The notes: generated by a model not told the origin, from the sequence alone. Positions 48,270 to 58,134 are shown, counted from the stretch's first letter. The stretch is DNA of 64,000 nt from Candidatus Woesearchaeota archaeon (GCA_964417865.1 CAYQJI010000001.1:14492-78491), one strand, 5' to 3'. Made by a program: numbers and translations.

Positions 48270-49163
48270 ATGATAAAAATAATTTTTCTTGGAACTTCTA
48301 GTCAAATTCCAACAAAGAATAGAAACCATACCTCTATACTTGTAGAAACAAACCACGATTCTTTTTTAATTGATTGTGGGGAAGGAACACAAAGACAACT
48401 AAAAAAAATAAATTTTAATGCAAATAGAATCTCTAAAATATTGATAACTCATTGGCATGGGGATCATACTTTAGGATTAGTGGGATTATTAGAAACCTTA
48501 AACTTTAATGAAAGAAAAAAAGATTTGATTATTTATGGCCCAAAAGGAATAAAAGATTTCATTTTATCTTTTTTAAAAACTTTTTATTTTAAACCTGAAT
48601 TTAATTTAAAAATAGAAGAAGTTAAAGGCAAATTTTTTGAAAATGAAGAATATTTTTTAAGTGCAGAAACTATGGTTCATTCTGTCCTTTGTAATTCTTA
48701 TTTTATACAAGAAAAAGATCAATTTAAAATTGATAAAACAAAAATAAAAAACCTCCCATTCAAAGAAGAGCTTTTGAAAAATTTTAAAGAAGGCAAAAAT
48801 ATTAAATTCCAAAATAAAATATATTCATATAAAGATTATACCTCATTAGAAAAAGGAAAAAAAATATCTTTTATTTTAGATACTTTTTTTAATAAAAAAA
48901 TCATCCCTTTCGTTAAAAACAGTGATATCTTAATCTGTGAATCTACTTTTGATAATTCTTTGAAAGAAAAAGCAAAAGATTATTTACATTTAACTATAGA
49001 TGATGCTTTAAATATTGCAAAGAAATCAAAATCAAAAAAATTATATTTAACACATATCAGTCAGAGGTATGAAAAAGATTTTGAGATTTTAGAGAATTAT
49101 GCTAAAAAAAATTTTAAAGAAACTTTTTTAGCTAAAGATTTTGATGAAATTTTATTAAAATAA
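48270..49163 (+). CDS. rnz: Ribonuclease Z
   Basis: FLGTS..IPT..RN, DCGEGTQRQ, THWHGDH, ESTF, HISQRY. Confidence 0.93.
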   Translation: MIKIIFLGTSSQIPTKNRNHTSILVETNHDSFLIDCGEGTQRQLKKINFNANRISKILITHWHGDHTLGLVGLLETLNFNERKKDLIIYGPKGIKDFILSFLKTFYFKPEFNLKIEEVKGKFFENEEYFLSAETMVHSVLCNSYFIQEKDQFKIDKTKIKNLPFKEELLKNFKEGKNIKFQNKIYSYKDYTSLEKGKKISFILDTFFNKKIIPFVKNSDILICESTFDNSLKEKAKDYLHLTIDDALNIAKKSKSKKLYLTHISQRYEKDFEILENYAKKNFKETFLAKDFDEILLK

Positions 49164-49254
49164 AATAATCCTTCTTAAATTAATAATAAAATTAAGAATA
49201 AATAAAAAACAAAAATAGAAAGATTTTAAAGATAATTTCCTCTTGTTTTTATAT

Positions 49255-49329
49255 GCCTCGGTAGCTCAGCCTGGATAGAGCATTAGCCTTCTAAGCTAAG
49301 GGTCGCAGGTTCAAATCCTGTCCGGGGCG
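49255..49329 (+). tRNA. tRNA-Arg(TCT)
   Basis: GCCTCGG/CCGGGGC acceptor stem; TTAGC-CTTCTAA-GCTAA. Confidence 0.95.
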
Positions 49330-49336
49330 TTTTATT

Positions 49337-50218
49337 ATGGATAAAAAAAGAAATAACAATCTGAAATTCCCCTTAAAAGGAAAATATATAGCCCTTGTTG
49401 CTCCGAGTTTTATTGTTGATTTTCCTTATCCTAAAATATTATTTCAATTGAAAGAACTCGGTTTTGATAAAGCTGTTGAATTAACATTTGGAGCAAAACT
49501 TGTTAATAGAGAGTATTATAAGGAGATTAAAAATTCAAAAAAATTGATGATTTCAAGTGTTTGTGCAGGTATTGTTGAAACAATAAAAAATTCTTTTCCT
49601 GAATATAAAAATAATCTTTTACTTGTAGATAGTCCAATGATAGCAACTGCTAAAATCTGTAAAAAAATATACCCTTATCATAAAAGAGTTTTTATTTCTC
49701 CTTGTAATTTTAAAAAATTAGAAGCTGAAAGAACAGGGCTTATTGATTATGTTATTAACTATAAAGAGTTAAAAAATCTTATTTTTGAATATTATTCTAA
49801 ACATACAAAAAGTAAAAAAAATAAATTCTATAAAAAGGAGATATTCTTTGACAAATTTTATAATGATTATACTAAAATATATCCCATACCTGGAGGATTA
49901 TCTAAAACATTAAAAGTAAAAAAACTTTTACAAAAAAATGAAATAAAAGAAATTGATGGGATAAAAAAAATTATTAAATTCCTTAAAAATCCTAATCCAA
50001 AAATAAAATTTTTAGATATAACTTTTTGTAAAGGCGGGTGTATTGGTGGTCCATTTATTAATTCCAAAATTCCAATATCTTTTAGAAAAAGAAAAGTTTT
50101 AAAATATTTAAGAAAAGCAGATAAAGAAAAAATTCCTGAAAATAGAAAAGGGATATTTAAAAAAGCAGAAGGTTTATCATTTAAATCAAATTACTCAATT
50201 AATATTTATAACCCCTAA
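49337..50218 (+). CDS. Minimal [FeFe]-hydrogenase-like protein (H-cluster domain only)
   Basis: VAPS, L1 ISSVCAG, SPM, L2 ISPCNFKKLE, L3 DITFCKGGCIGG; 293 aa, no ferredoxin modules. Confidence 0.8.
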   Translation: MDKKRNNNLKFPLKGKYIALVAPSFIVDFPYPKILFQLKELGFDKAVELTFGAKLVNREYYKEIKNSKKLMISSVCAGIVETIKNSFPEYKNNLLLVDSPMIATAKICKKIYPYHKRVFISPCNFKKLEAERTGLIDYVINYKELKNLIFEYYSKHTKSKKNKFYKKEIFFDKFYNDYTKIYPIPGGLSKTLKVKKLLQKNEIKEIDGIKKIIKFLKNPNPKIKFLDITFCKGGCIGGPFINSKIPISFRKRKVLKYLRKADKEKIPENRKGIFKKAEGLSFKSNYSINIYNP

Positions 50219-50323
50219 TTTTTTATCCTATAATCTCTTTGAGATTTTTGAATTTTATCCCCTTGTTTTTTGTTTCATTTTTTATCAATAATTTTATATA
50301 TACTCTTAATTTAATTCCTTTAT

Positions 50324-50395
50324 GCGGAGGTGGCACAACGGCACTGCGTTCGCCTGCAGAGCGAATTTGTGTGGGTTCGACTCCCACCCTCCGCT
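50324..50395 (+). tRNA. tRNA-Cys(GCA)
   Basis: GCGGAGG/CCTCCGC-T (U73); TTCGC-CTGCAGA-GCGAA. Confidence 0.93.
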
Positions 50396-50403
50396 TGAGT
50401 GTT

Positions 50404-52059
50404 ATGGCATTTATTATAACAAAGACAATAAATGGTAAAAAATACTATTATCTAAATAAAAGTGAGAGAGTGGGAGATAAGATCAAAACAAAATATCTTG
50501 CTTACCTTGGAAAAAATAAAGAACAAGCAGAATTAAAAGCTAAAATCTTCTTCCAAAAAATAGAAGAATTAAAAAACAAAGAAGATAATCATAAAAGTAT
50601 GGATTCAGAGAAAAAAATATCTATTGAAGAACTTTCAAACTTTTGTAAATCTAAAGGGTTTGTTTTTAAAAGTTCTGAAATCTATGGTGGAATTTCTGGT
50701 TTTTGGGATTTCGGTCCACTCGGTGTAGAGTTATTTAACAATATAAAACAAAATTGGTGGAATTTTTTTGTAAAACAAAAAGAAAATATTGTGGGTTTGG
50801 ATGCAAGTATTATCTCTCATCCTCAAACTTGGAAAGCTTCTGGTCATTTGACTAATTTTAATGATATAGCAGTTATATGTAAAAAATGTAAAAAATCAAC
50901 TAAAATAGACAAATCTGAAATTGGAAAAGTTAAATGTTCATGTGGTGGAGAGTATGAAGTTTTAGGTGAATTTAATTTAATGTTTAAAACAAAGATAGGA
51001 GCTTTAAATGCAGAAGAAGCTTATCTTAGAGGAGAAACTGCTCAAGGAATGTTTTTAGATTTTAAACTTATTCAACAAACGTCAAGAATGCAATTGCCTT
51101 TTGGTATAGCTCAGATAGGAACTTGTTTTAGAAATGAAATTGCTCCAAGAGACTTTTTATTTAGAAGTAGAGAATTTCATATAGGAGAATTTGAATTCTT
51201 TATAAACCCTGAAGAAAAAAAATGTGATTTATTAGATAATCCTCATTTAAATACAGAATTTAATTTTCTTGATGAAGAAACTCAAAAAGAAGGAAAAACA
51301 AATTTAAAAAAAGTTAAAATAAAAAACCTTTTAGAAGAGGGGAAATTAGAAGAATGGCATGCTTATTGGTTAGCTGAACAAATAATATGGTTAAACTCTT
51401 TAGGTCTTTATGAAATAAAGGTAAGAGAACATACAAAAGAAGAATTAAGTCATTATAGCTCTGCAACATTTGATATAGATTATGAATACCCGTTTGGATC
51501 AAAAGAATTGGGAGGAATTGCAAATAGGGGACAATACGATTTAACAAATCATCAAAAAGAGAGTAAACAAAATTTAGAAATCTTTGATGAGAAATATAAA
51601 AATAAAGTTATTCCTAAGGTCATAGAACCTACCTTTGGAATGGAAAGGATTTTTCTTGCAATTTTAACTAAGGCTTATACTTATGACAAAAAAAGAGAGA
51701 ATGTTATCTTAAAAATTCCTCCTTTTTTATCCCCTATAAAAGCGGCTATATTCCCTATTGTAAAAAAAGAAGAATTTGAAAATTTGAGTAGGGAGATTTT
51801 TAATGATCTAAAAAAAGAATGGTTTGTTAGTTATGATGTTTCTGGAAGCATTGGTAGAAGATATTCCAGAAATGATGAAATTGGAACACCTTATTGTATT
51901 ACTGTTGATGGGGATTCTATAAAAAATAAAGATGTTACTATAAGAGATAGGGACACTACTAAACAGATTAGGGTTAAGATTAAAGATTTAAAAGATACAT
52001 TAAAAAAACTTATTAATCAGGAGATTGATTTTGAGAAAGTAGGTAAATTAGTAGATTAA
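50404..52059 (+). CDS. glyS: Glycyl-tRNA synthetase (alpha2 type) with an N-terminal extension
   Basis: SEIYGG.SGFWDFGPLG, YLRGETAQG, FRNEIAPR, ELSHYS, VIEPTFG.ER, GSIGRRY..NDEIGTP; start corrected to MAFIITK, downstream of tRNA-Cys. Confidence 0.93.
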   Translation: MAFIITKTINGKKYYYLNKSERVGDKIKTKYLAYLGKNKEQAELKAKIFFQKIEELKNKEDNHKSMDSEKKISIEELSNFCKSKGFVFKSSEIYGGISGFWDFGPLGVELFNNIKQNWWNFFVKQKENIVGLDASIISHPQTWKASGHLTNFNDIAVICKKCKKSTKIDKSEIGKVKCSCGGEYEVLGEFNLMFKTKIGALNAEEAYLRGETAQGMFLDFKLIQQTSRMQLPFGIAQIGTCFRNEIAPRDFLFRSREFHIGEFEFFINPEEKKCDLLDNPHLNTEFNFLDEETQKEGKTNLKKVKIKNLLEEGKLEEWHAYWLAEQIIWLNSLGLYEIKVREHTKEELSHYSSATFDIDYEYPFGSKELGGIANRGQYDLTNHQKESKQNLEIFDEKYKNKVIPKVIEPTFGMERIFLAILTKAYTYDKKRENVILKIPPFLSPIKAAIFPIVKKEEFENLSREIFNDLKKEWFVSYDVSGSIGRRYSRNDEIGTPYCITVDGDSIKNKDVTIRDRDTTKQIRVKIKDLKDTLKKLINQEIDFEKVGKLVD

Positions 52060-52078
52060 GATAAAATAATCAATATTT

Positions 52079-52960
52079 TTATTTATTTTTTATTAGTTTT
52101 TTTATATTTTCAAAATCTTTTTTTATTAATTCGCAAACTTTATTTAAATAAATATCTTCTTTTGCATAATCTTTGTCTAAAACAATATAGGCGCAATATT
52201 CAGCATATGCTTCACAATTATTTGAAAGTTCTCCTGAATTCCCAAAATATGCTCTTTGAGAAGGAAATCCTTCTGGTCTTTTTTCTTCCCATTTATGATT
52301 TTGATAACCTAAAGGGGCACAATATTTTTTAATTTCTTTCATTAAATCTGAAAAATAAGAAACAAATGAATCTTTTTTATAAGAATATCCATTCTTTAAA
52401 TCGTTTATATAACCTAACTTTATTGATAATGCATGGGCAATTTCATGAGATAAAATCCATTTGAAGTCATGTATTTTTCCTTCTTCTCCTTTTGGAATTT
52501 TATTATTCATTTTTTCCCATTCATAAGTTTTATCAATTATCTTTTTTGAGAGGATTTTTATTTTTCCATTTTTTAAATCAGTTAGGGCATTAAAACTATA
52601 ATCTAATTGTTCTATAGGAGAATATTCACTTTTTAAGTCTAAAACCTTTTCAGAATCTTTTTTGTTTTCAACTTTTTCAATCTCTAAATTAAACTTGGAA
52701 ATATCTCCAATATAATTTTCATATTTATCTAAAACATATTCTATGTCTTTTTTTTCTTCTTCATCATAATTGCCTATTAATTTTACTTTTTCAATCAATT
52801 TTTTAGTTTTAAAGTTATCTTGATAACTTACAATTTTTTCTAATCCTCTTACATAATCTAAGTTTTGTGGATTCTTTTTGTTTATAAAGTCTAGACTAGT
52901 AGAATTAGATAAGGCAAATCCTAACATTGCTAAAGCTATCAAATTTCTTAATTTTTTCAT
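52079..52960 (-). CDS. Secreted zincin-like metallopeptidase
   Basis: N-terminal signal peptide; ILSHEIAHA; downstream NNCEAYAE third-ligand motif. Confidence 0.65.
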   Translation of the reverse strand: MKKLRNLIALAMLGFALSNSTSLDFINKKNPQNLDYVRGLEKIVSYQDNFKTKKLIEKVKLIGNYDEEEKKDIEYVLDKYENYIGDISKFNLEIEKVENKKDSEKVLDLKSEYSPIEQLDYSFNALTDLKNGKIKILSKKIIDKTYEWEKMNNKIPKGEEGKIHDFKWILSHEIAHALSIKLGYINDLKNGYSYKKDSFVSYFSDLMKEIKKYCAPLGYQNHKWEEKRPEGFPSQRAYFGNSGELSNNCEAYAEYCAYIVLDKDYAKEDIYLNKVCELIKKDFENIKKLIKNK

Positions 52961-53026
52961 AAAATATTAAAAAAACTGTTATTTATAAAACTATCCTTTT
53001 GTTACTACCAACAAGTAAAAATAATA

Positions 53027-53116
53027 TGGCTCTGAGGAGGATTTAACTCCCGACCTCTGCCTTTCTCAATATTAATCATTCATGAGAGCAGCGCTCTAAC
53101 ACTGAGCTACAGAGCC
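53027..53116 (-). tRNA. tRNA(CAT), probably elongator Met, with an 18-nt intron at 37/38 (53063-53080)
   Basis: GGCTCTG/CAGAGCC-A; BHB motif with central helix CTCA/TGAG and 3-nt bulges TGA and AAA. Confidence 0.82.
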
Positions 53117-53167
53117 ATTTACATTTGTAAAAATCTTTAGTTTAAAATCTTTTTTATCTTAGAAATC

Positions 53168-53368
53168 TTAATTGTTTTTTTCTTGATTTTTTAAATCTTG
53201 TTTTTTCATTCTTGTCATAAGACCTGCAAGTTGATTTCTTAACTTTTTTGTCAAATTTAATCCTTCTAATATTTTCTTATTTTTTTCAAATTCCACGCTT
53301 AATTCAACTTTATTTTTTTTCAACTCTTGAGAAATTCTCCTTAATGACTTTGATTTTGTTTTTCCCAT
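53168..53368 (-). CDS. rps17e: 30S ribosomal protein eS17
   Basis: MGKTK...FEKNKK...KKLRNQLAGLMTR. Confidence 0.9.
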   Translation of the reverse strand: MGKTKSKSLRRISQELKKNKVELSVEFEKNKKILEGLNLTKKLRNQLAGLMTRMKKQDLKNQEKNN

Positions 53369-53406
53369 ATTTCTTTTTTGTATTCCCCTTATTTAAAGGT
53401 TTCTTT

Positions 53407-54336
53407 TTATTCTATCCTTCCTATCTTTTCTACTTTTTTTATAGAATAAATTAATTCTTGAGTTTTTTTTGTTAACTCTCCAAAAAAATAAACTTCATAA
53501 TTTCCTTCTTTTATCCCTATCTTTTCTGCTTTTTTATTGATCTCAATTAGCTCTTTTTCACTAATCTTTTTTGAATTTAAGAAAATAGCTATAAATTCTT
53601 TATTATCCTTCTTCAATTTTAAAAAAGCTTCGTCAGTTTTGAAATTTATTATGTCTAAAAGTTCAATCTCTTCTTTTTTTAAGAATTCTTTTATTTTATC
53701 AAAAAAATTTTCATTTTTCTTATTATCTTTATTTTCATTTTTCTTTACTCTGCTTACTTTTTTTTGCTTTAATTTCTTTTTTTCTTGCTTTTCTTCATCT
53801 TTATTAATTATTGAATAATCTTTATCTTCTTGCCTTTCTTCTTCTTGTAAGCTTTTTGTAAGTTCTGGTTGTTCTTTTATTGTTTTTTCCTCTAACTGTT
53901 CTTTTACTTGTTCTTTTTTTTGATTAAATTCAGATTCATCTATAAGGAAATATCTCCAAACAATAAATTCATCATGCTTAAAAGGATAAGCAAAATCCTT
54001 TATCTGCCTTAATGCTACTCTTATTGCAGGTTCTTGTTCTGAGTCAATTAAAAATTTATTTTCTTTTAATCTGAGAAAAGCTTCTTTTTCTTTACCTTTT
54101 AAATATGAAGAAAAATTCTCTAATAAAGGCTCTTGTCCACTAACAAAATATAATGGAGAACTGCCTATCCTCATATTGCTCATCTTTATTTCTTTTTCTG
54201 ATAACAATTCGGATAAAAAAGCAGAAGTAAATAATAAACTTAAATGTATTTCATTAGAAATTTTTACAGGTAGAAGTGGTCCTCTTTCTTTAATTATTGA
54301 AACAATTTTCTCTTTTATTTTTAAAGCATCATCCAT
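53407..54336 (-). CDS. Conserved-looking hypothetical protein (wHTH-like N-terminus)
   Basis: GPLLPVKI...SAFLSEL...GSSPLY; PAIRVALR.IKDFA. Confidence 0.65.
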   Translation of the reverse strand: MDDALKIKEKIVSIIKERGPLLPVKISNEIHLSLLFTSAFLSELLSEKEIKMSNMRIGSSPLYFVSGQEPLLENFSSYLKGKEKEAFLRLKENKFLIDSEQEPAIRVALRQIKDFAYPFKHDEFIVWRYFLIDESEFNQKKEQVKEQLEEKTIKEQPELTKSLQEEERQEDKDYSIINKDEEKQEKKKLKQKKVSRVKKNENKDNKKNENFFDKIKEFLKKEEIELLDIINFKTDEAFLKLKKDNKEFIAIFLNSKKISEKELIEINKKAEKIGIKEGNYEVYFFGELTKKTQELIYSIKKVEKIGRIE

Positions 54337-54374
54337 TTATCTCAAAACTTACCTCTATTAATAAAATTTTTTGT

Positions 54375-54893
54375 TTAAGGTTTAATCCACCTTATCTCAT
54401 AATAGCTGATGTCTCCTTCTTCATCTATAATTGCAAGAAGAAGATTTTTCTTTATTGAATGTGCTACCCTACTTTTAGCTGTTAGTTCAATTAGTTTTAA
54501 ACTATCTGTTTCATGATCAACAAATACAAGCCATTTTGCATGAGTTTCATTTATTTTAAATCCTTTCTCATAAACTCTAAAATCAGCCCCAAATTTTAAT
54601 CCTGTTTTTAAAATATACCCCTTATCTCTTAAATCCTTAAAAACAGAGTATTTTAAATTAAATCTTTTATCAATTTTTAAAAATTTTTTAATTAATTCTT
54701 CTCTCTTTAATTTTAATTTTTTAGAGTATACTTCTATCTTATCCTTATCCATTAAATAAATTGTTTCAAAAGAGGAATATCTTATCTTTTTTTCTATCGC
54801 TTCACCAAAATTGCTTTTTTCTAATAAAGAATAAGCTTCTGATTGATTTGTTATTAAAATATCTCCTTCCAAATAAACTTTTATTTTTTCCAT
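54375..54893 (-). CDS. endA: tRNA-splicing endonuclease
   Basis: YSVFKDLRDKGY..KTGLKFGADFRVY...HA.W...RVAHSIKK. Confidence 0.93.
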   Translation of the reverse strand: MEKIKVYLEGDILITNQSEAYSLLEKSNFGEAIEKKIRYSSFETIYLMDKDKIEVYSKKLKLKREELIKKFLKIDKRFNLKYSVFKDLRDKGYILKTGLKFGADFRVYEKGFKINETHAKWLVFVDHETDSLKLIELTAKSRVAHSIKKNLLLAIIDEEGDISYYEIRWIKP

Positions 54894-54964
54894 ACTTATT
54901 CTAATTAATAAGAATATTTAAACTTAATAGTTAATTTTTTATAATCTTCTTTTCTTTTTTTATA

Positions 54965-55996
54965 ATGGATGAAAAACAAACAAAACATTTCTTAATTGCT
55001 TCTTGCTTTCTTTTATTTGTATTTATCCTCCTTTTTTTTATAATCTTTTTTTTAAAAAGTAATAAATGTAATGATGGTACTTTAAACAATAAATGTTCAG
55101 AAATTCAACCTTATTTTTGTGATAATGGAAAAATAGTTGAAAAAGCTTCTATTTGTGGATGCTTAAAAGATTATTATGGGCTAAGTTATAACATAAAAGG
55201 GGATAAATGTGCATTTTCTTCTTCTAATCCTAAGATTATATCTTTAAACTATATTCTAAGAGGAAAAAAAGGTAATATTCAATTTGAGGCGTATCCCGAA
55301 ATTCTTAACCTTTCTCTAAATTATAAATACCCTTCTGAATCTAGTTCTGACTCTTCAAATTTTAAATTACAAATAATCAATAATCCAATACAAAGAGAAG
55401 CTTTACTTCCTTTAATAATGAAAATTCAAAATCTTACCCCTAATAAATATGATCAAGCAAGAATAGCAATAAGTTTGGTTCAAAATATCCCTTATAAAGA
55501 ATCTAATAAATCTGTTTTTGTTGCAGGTTCTTTAGTGGGATATAGAAGAATCCCTTATGAAGTTCTTTATGAAAATCAAGGAGTTTGTGGAGAAAAATCA
55601 TTGTTATTATCTTTTTTACTTAAGGAATTGGGATTCAGTTCTTCAATATTTTATTTTTCAAAAGAAAATCATGAAGCAGTAGGCATAAGTTGTCCGAAAG
55701 ATATGGGTTTTTATAATACAAATCTTTGTTTTATTGAAACAACAGGGCCTTCAATAATTACAGACAGTGAAAATGATTACCTTTTAGGTATAAAGCTCTC
55801 TTCAAATCCGCAAATTATTCCAATCTCTGAAGGAATTTCTTTTGAAAAAAATTTATATGAATTTAAAGATGCTAGATTATTCATAAAACTAAGAGATAAG
55901 TTAAAAAAATCTTCTTCACTTAATATTTTTAATTCTTTAATTTTGAAAAATCTTATTAAAAAGTATGGAATACCAAATATTTATCTTTCTATTTAA
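54965..55996 (+). CDS. Membrane-anchored transglutaminase-like protein
   Basis: N-terminal TM, Cys-rich segment, PYEVLY..QGVCGEKS.L...LLKELG, NHEAVGI, FIETT. Confidence 0.72.
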   Translation: MDEKQTKHFLIASCFLLFVFILLFFIIFFLKSNKCNDGTLNNKCSEIQPYFCDNGKIVEKASICGCLKDYYGLSYNIKGDKCAFSSSNPKIISLNYILRGKKGNIQFEAYPEILNLSLNYKYPSESSSDSSNFKLQIINNPIQREALLPLIMKIQNLTPNKYDQARIAISLVQNIPYKESNKSVFVAGSLVGYRRIPYEVLYENQGVCGEKSLLLSFLLKELGFSSSIFYFSKENHEAVGISCPKDMGFYNTNLCFIETTGPSIITDSENDYLLGIKLSSNPQIIPISEGISFEKNLYEFKDARLFIKLRDKLKKSSSLNIFNSLILKNLIKKYGIPNIYLSI

Positions 55997-56010
55997 ATTA
56001 GGAAATTATC

Positions 56011-57711
56011 CTAAGTTATGATTGCTTTAATTCTTCTTACCCCTGCTGAAGAAGATTCTTCTTTAATGATTTTAAATTTACCTTTAATATCTCCTAATCT
56101 TTTAACATGAGGGCCAGCACAAATCTCCTTAGAAAAATTTCCTATTGTGTAAACCGAAACTCTTTCACCATATTTATCTTCGAAATTACCTCTCGCACCC
56201 TCTTTTCTTGCATCATTTAAACTCATTTCTTTTCTTGTTACTTCTAAATCTCTCTCTATTTGGTTATTTACCAATAATTCAACTTCTTTTAATTCTTCAT
56301 CTGTTAGTTTTCTATCAAAATTAAAATCGAGTCTTAATCTTTCAGGAGTTATGTTACTTCCTTTTTGAATTATAGAATTATCATTTAAAACTTTTCTTAA
56401 TGCTTCTAATAATAAATGAGAACAGGTATGTAATCTAGTTGTTTTTTCAGAATTATCAGCTAGTCCTGATTTAAATTTTCCTTGTGTTGAAGTTCTTGAA
56501 AGTTCTTTGTGAATATTGCATTCTTCTTCAAATTTTTCTTTAGAAAAAATTATCCTTCTTTTTTTACACTCCTCCTCTATTAATTCTATAGGGAAACCAT
56601 AACTTTGATATAATAAAAAAGAATCTTTACAATCTATCTCTTTTTTATTTTCTGTTAATTTTTTAAACAGATTCATTCCTTTTTCTAAAGTTTTTAAAAA
56701 TTTTTCTTCTTCTTTTTTTATTTCGTAAATTATTTTTTCTTTATTTTTTGAGATAATTTCATATTCAGGATAAATTTGAGAAACTCCTTCAACTAATTCA
56801 GATAATGAAAAATTATTCCCTAACTCTCTTGAGTATTTTACTGCTCTTCTTATTAGCCTTCTTAAAATGTAACCTTGTTCTTTATTTCCAGGAGTTATTC
56901 CATCAGCGATTATAAATGAAGCCGCTTTAATATGATCTGCTATAATCCTCATGGTTCTTGTATCTTTCTCATTTTTTCCATAACTCTTTCCCGATTTTTT
57001 TTCTATTAATAATATAATTGGTTGGAAACATTCTGTGAGATAATCATCTTTTAAATTGTTTACTATTGAAATAACTCTTTCAACACCCATGCCTGTATCT
57101 ACATTTTTTTGTGTTAAGGGTATATACTTCCCATTTTCATTTTTGTTATACTGCATGAAAACATTATTCCAAATTTCTACTTCGTTAATAAAAATCTCTG
57201 TGTCTGGGCCACATGGGCCTGTTTTTCCTGCAGGGCCCCACCAATTGTTCTCTTTTGGCAAGAATTTTATATTTTTTATGTTTAAACTTTTCCATACATT
57301 CGCAGATTCCTCATCTTTATCGCAGTCTTTATCTCCTTTAAAACAAGTTACAGAAATTTTTTCCGGGGGTATTTTCAATTCTTTTGTTAAAAATTCAAAA
57401 CTAAAGTTTATGGATTCTTTTTTGAAATAATCTCCTAAACTCCAATTCCCAAGCATTTCAAAGAAAGTATGGTGAAAAGAATCGCCGACCTCTTCAATAT
57501 CCCCTGTTCTTATACATCTTTGAACATTACAGAGTCTTTTTCCAAGAGGGTGTGGTTGACCAAGAAGATAAGGAACTAATGGGTGCATACCTGCTGTAGT
57601 AAATAACACTGTTGGGTCATTTTCAGGAATTAGACTAGAATTTTTTATTTCTTTATGCCCTTTTGAAATAAAAAATTGAATATATTTCTTTATTAATTCT
57701 TCCCTTCTCAT
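56011..57711 (-). CDS. alaS: Alanyl-tRNA synthetase, short form without C-Ala domain
   Basis: DPTVLFTTAGM, HHTFFEMLGNWS, DTGMGVER, ADH, editing H.CSH and CAGPH, GVRRI. Confidence 0.95.
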   Translation of the reverse strand: MRREELIKKYIQFFISKGHKEIKNSSLIPENDPTVLFTTAGMHPLVPYLLGQPHPLGKRLCNVQRCIRTGDIEEVGDSFHHTFFEMLGNWSLGDYFKKESINFSFEFLTKELKIPPEKISVTCFKGDKDCDKDEESANVWKSLNIKNIKFLPKENNWWGPAGKTGPCGPDTEIFINEVEIWNNVFMQYNKNENGKYIPLTQKNVDTGMGVERVISIVNNLKDDYLTECFQPIILLIEKKSGKSYGKNEKDTRTMRIIADHIKAASFIIADGITPGNKEQGYILRRLIRRAVKYSRELGNNFSLSELVEGVSQIYPEYEIISKNKEKIIYEIKKEEEKFLKTLEKGMNLFKKLTENKKEIDCKDSFLLYQSYGFPIELIEEECKKRRIIFSKEKFEEECNIHKELSRTSTQGKFKSGLADNSEKTTRLHTCSHLLLEALRKVLNDNSIIQKGSNITPERLRLDFNFDRKLTDEELKEVELLVNNQIERDLEVTRKEMSLNDARKEGARGNFEDKYGERVSVYTIGNFSKEICAGPHVKRLGDIKGKFKIIKEESSSAGVRRIKAIIT

Positions 57712-57749
57712 AAAATAATAAGAATAAAATATTTTAAAAATGTTTATCT

Positions 57750-58133
57750 TTAATCTCTTAACATATTTAATTTTTCTTCTAAATTATTTAGCTTATTTTG
57801 AATTTCTCTTAATTGTATATCCAATCCTTTATTATAAGAAATCTTTTCTTCTTTAATTTGTTCTTCTATTCTTATTTTTCTCTTTCTTTGAATATCTTTT
57901 GGTATTTTAAATTCTGGGAGATAATTTGAAATTTTTTCTAAATCTTTTTTAATTTGATTTATACTTTTTTGTAATTTTTCTTTTATTTCCAAATCTTTTA
58001 ATCTTAAAATATGATATTTTCTCCTTATTTGATTCATCTTTAAGAATAACAATTCTAAAGTTAAAATTTCTTTTTTAGCAATCAATGCATTTTTATAATC
58101 AATCTTAAGATATAAGGGATCTTCTTTTCCCAT
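57750..58133 (-). CDS. Hypothetical coiled-coil protein
   Basis: 127-aa ORF between alaS and 58135-58785. Confidence 0.6.
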   Translation of the reverse strand: MGKEDPLYLKIDYKNALIAKKEILTLELLFLKMNQIRRKYHILRLKDLEIKEKLQKSINQIKKDLEKISNYLPEFKIPKDIQRKRKIRIEEQIKEEKISYNKGLDIQLREIQNKLNNLEEKLNMLRD

Positions 58134-58134
58134 C

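Noticed and set aside
50239..50403. ORF-track N-terminal extension of GlyRS
   Set aside because: It runs through the tRNA-Cys gene and its promoter; chance open frame.
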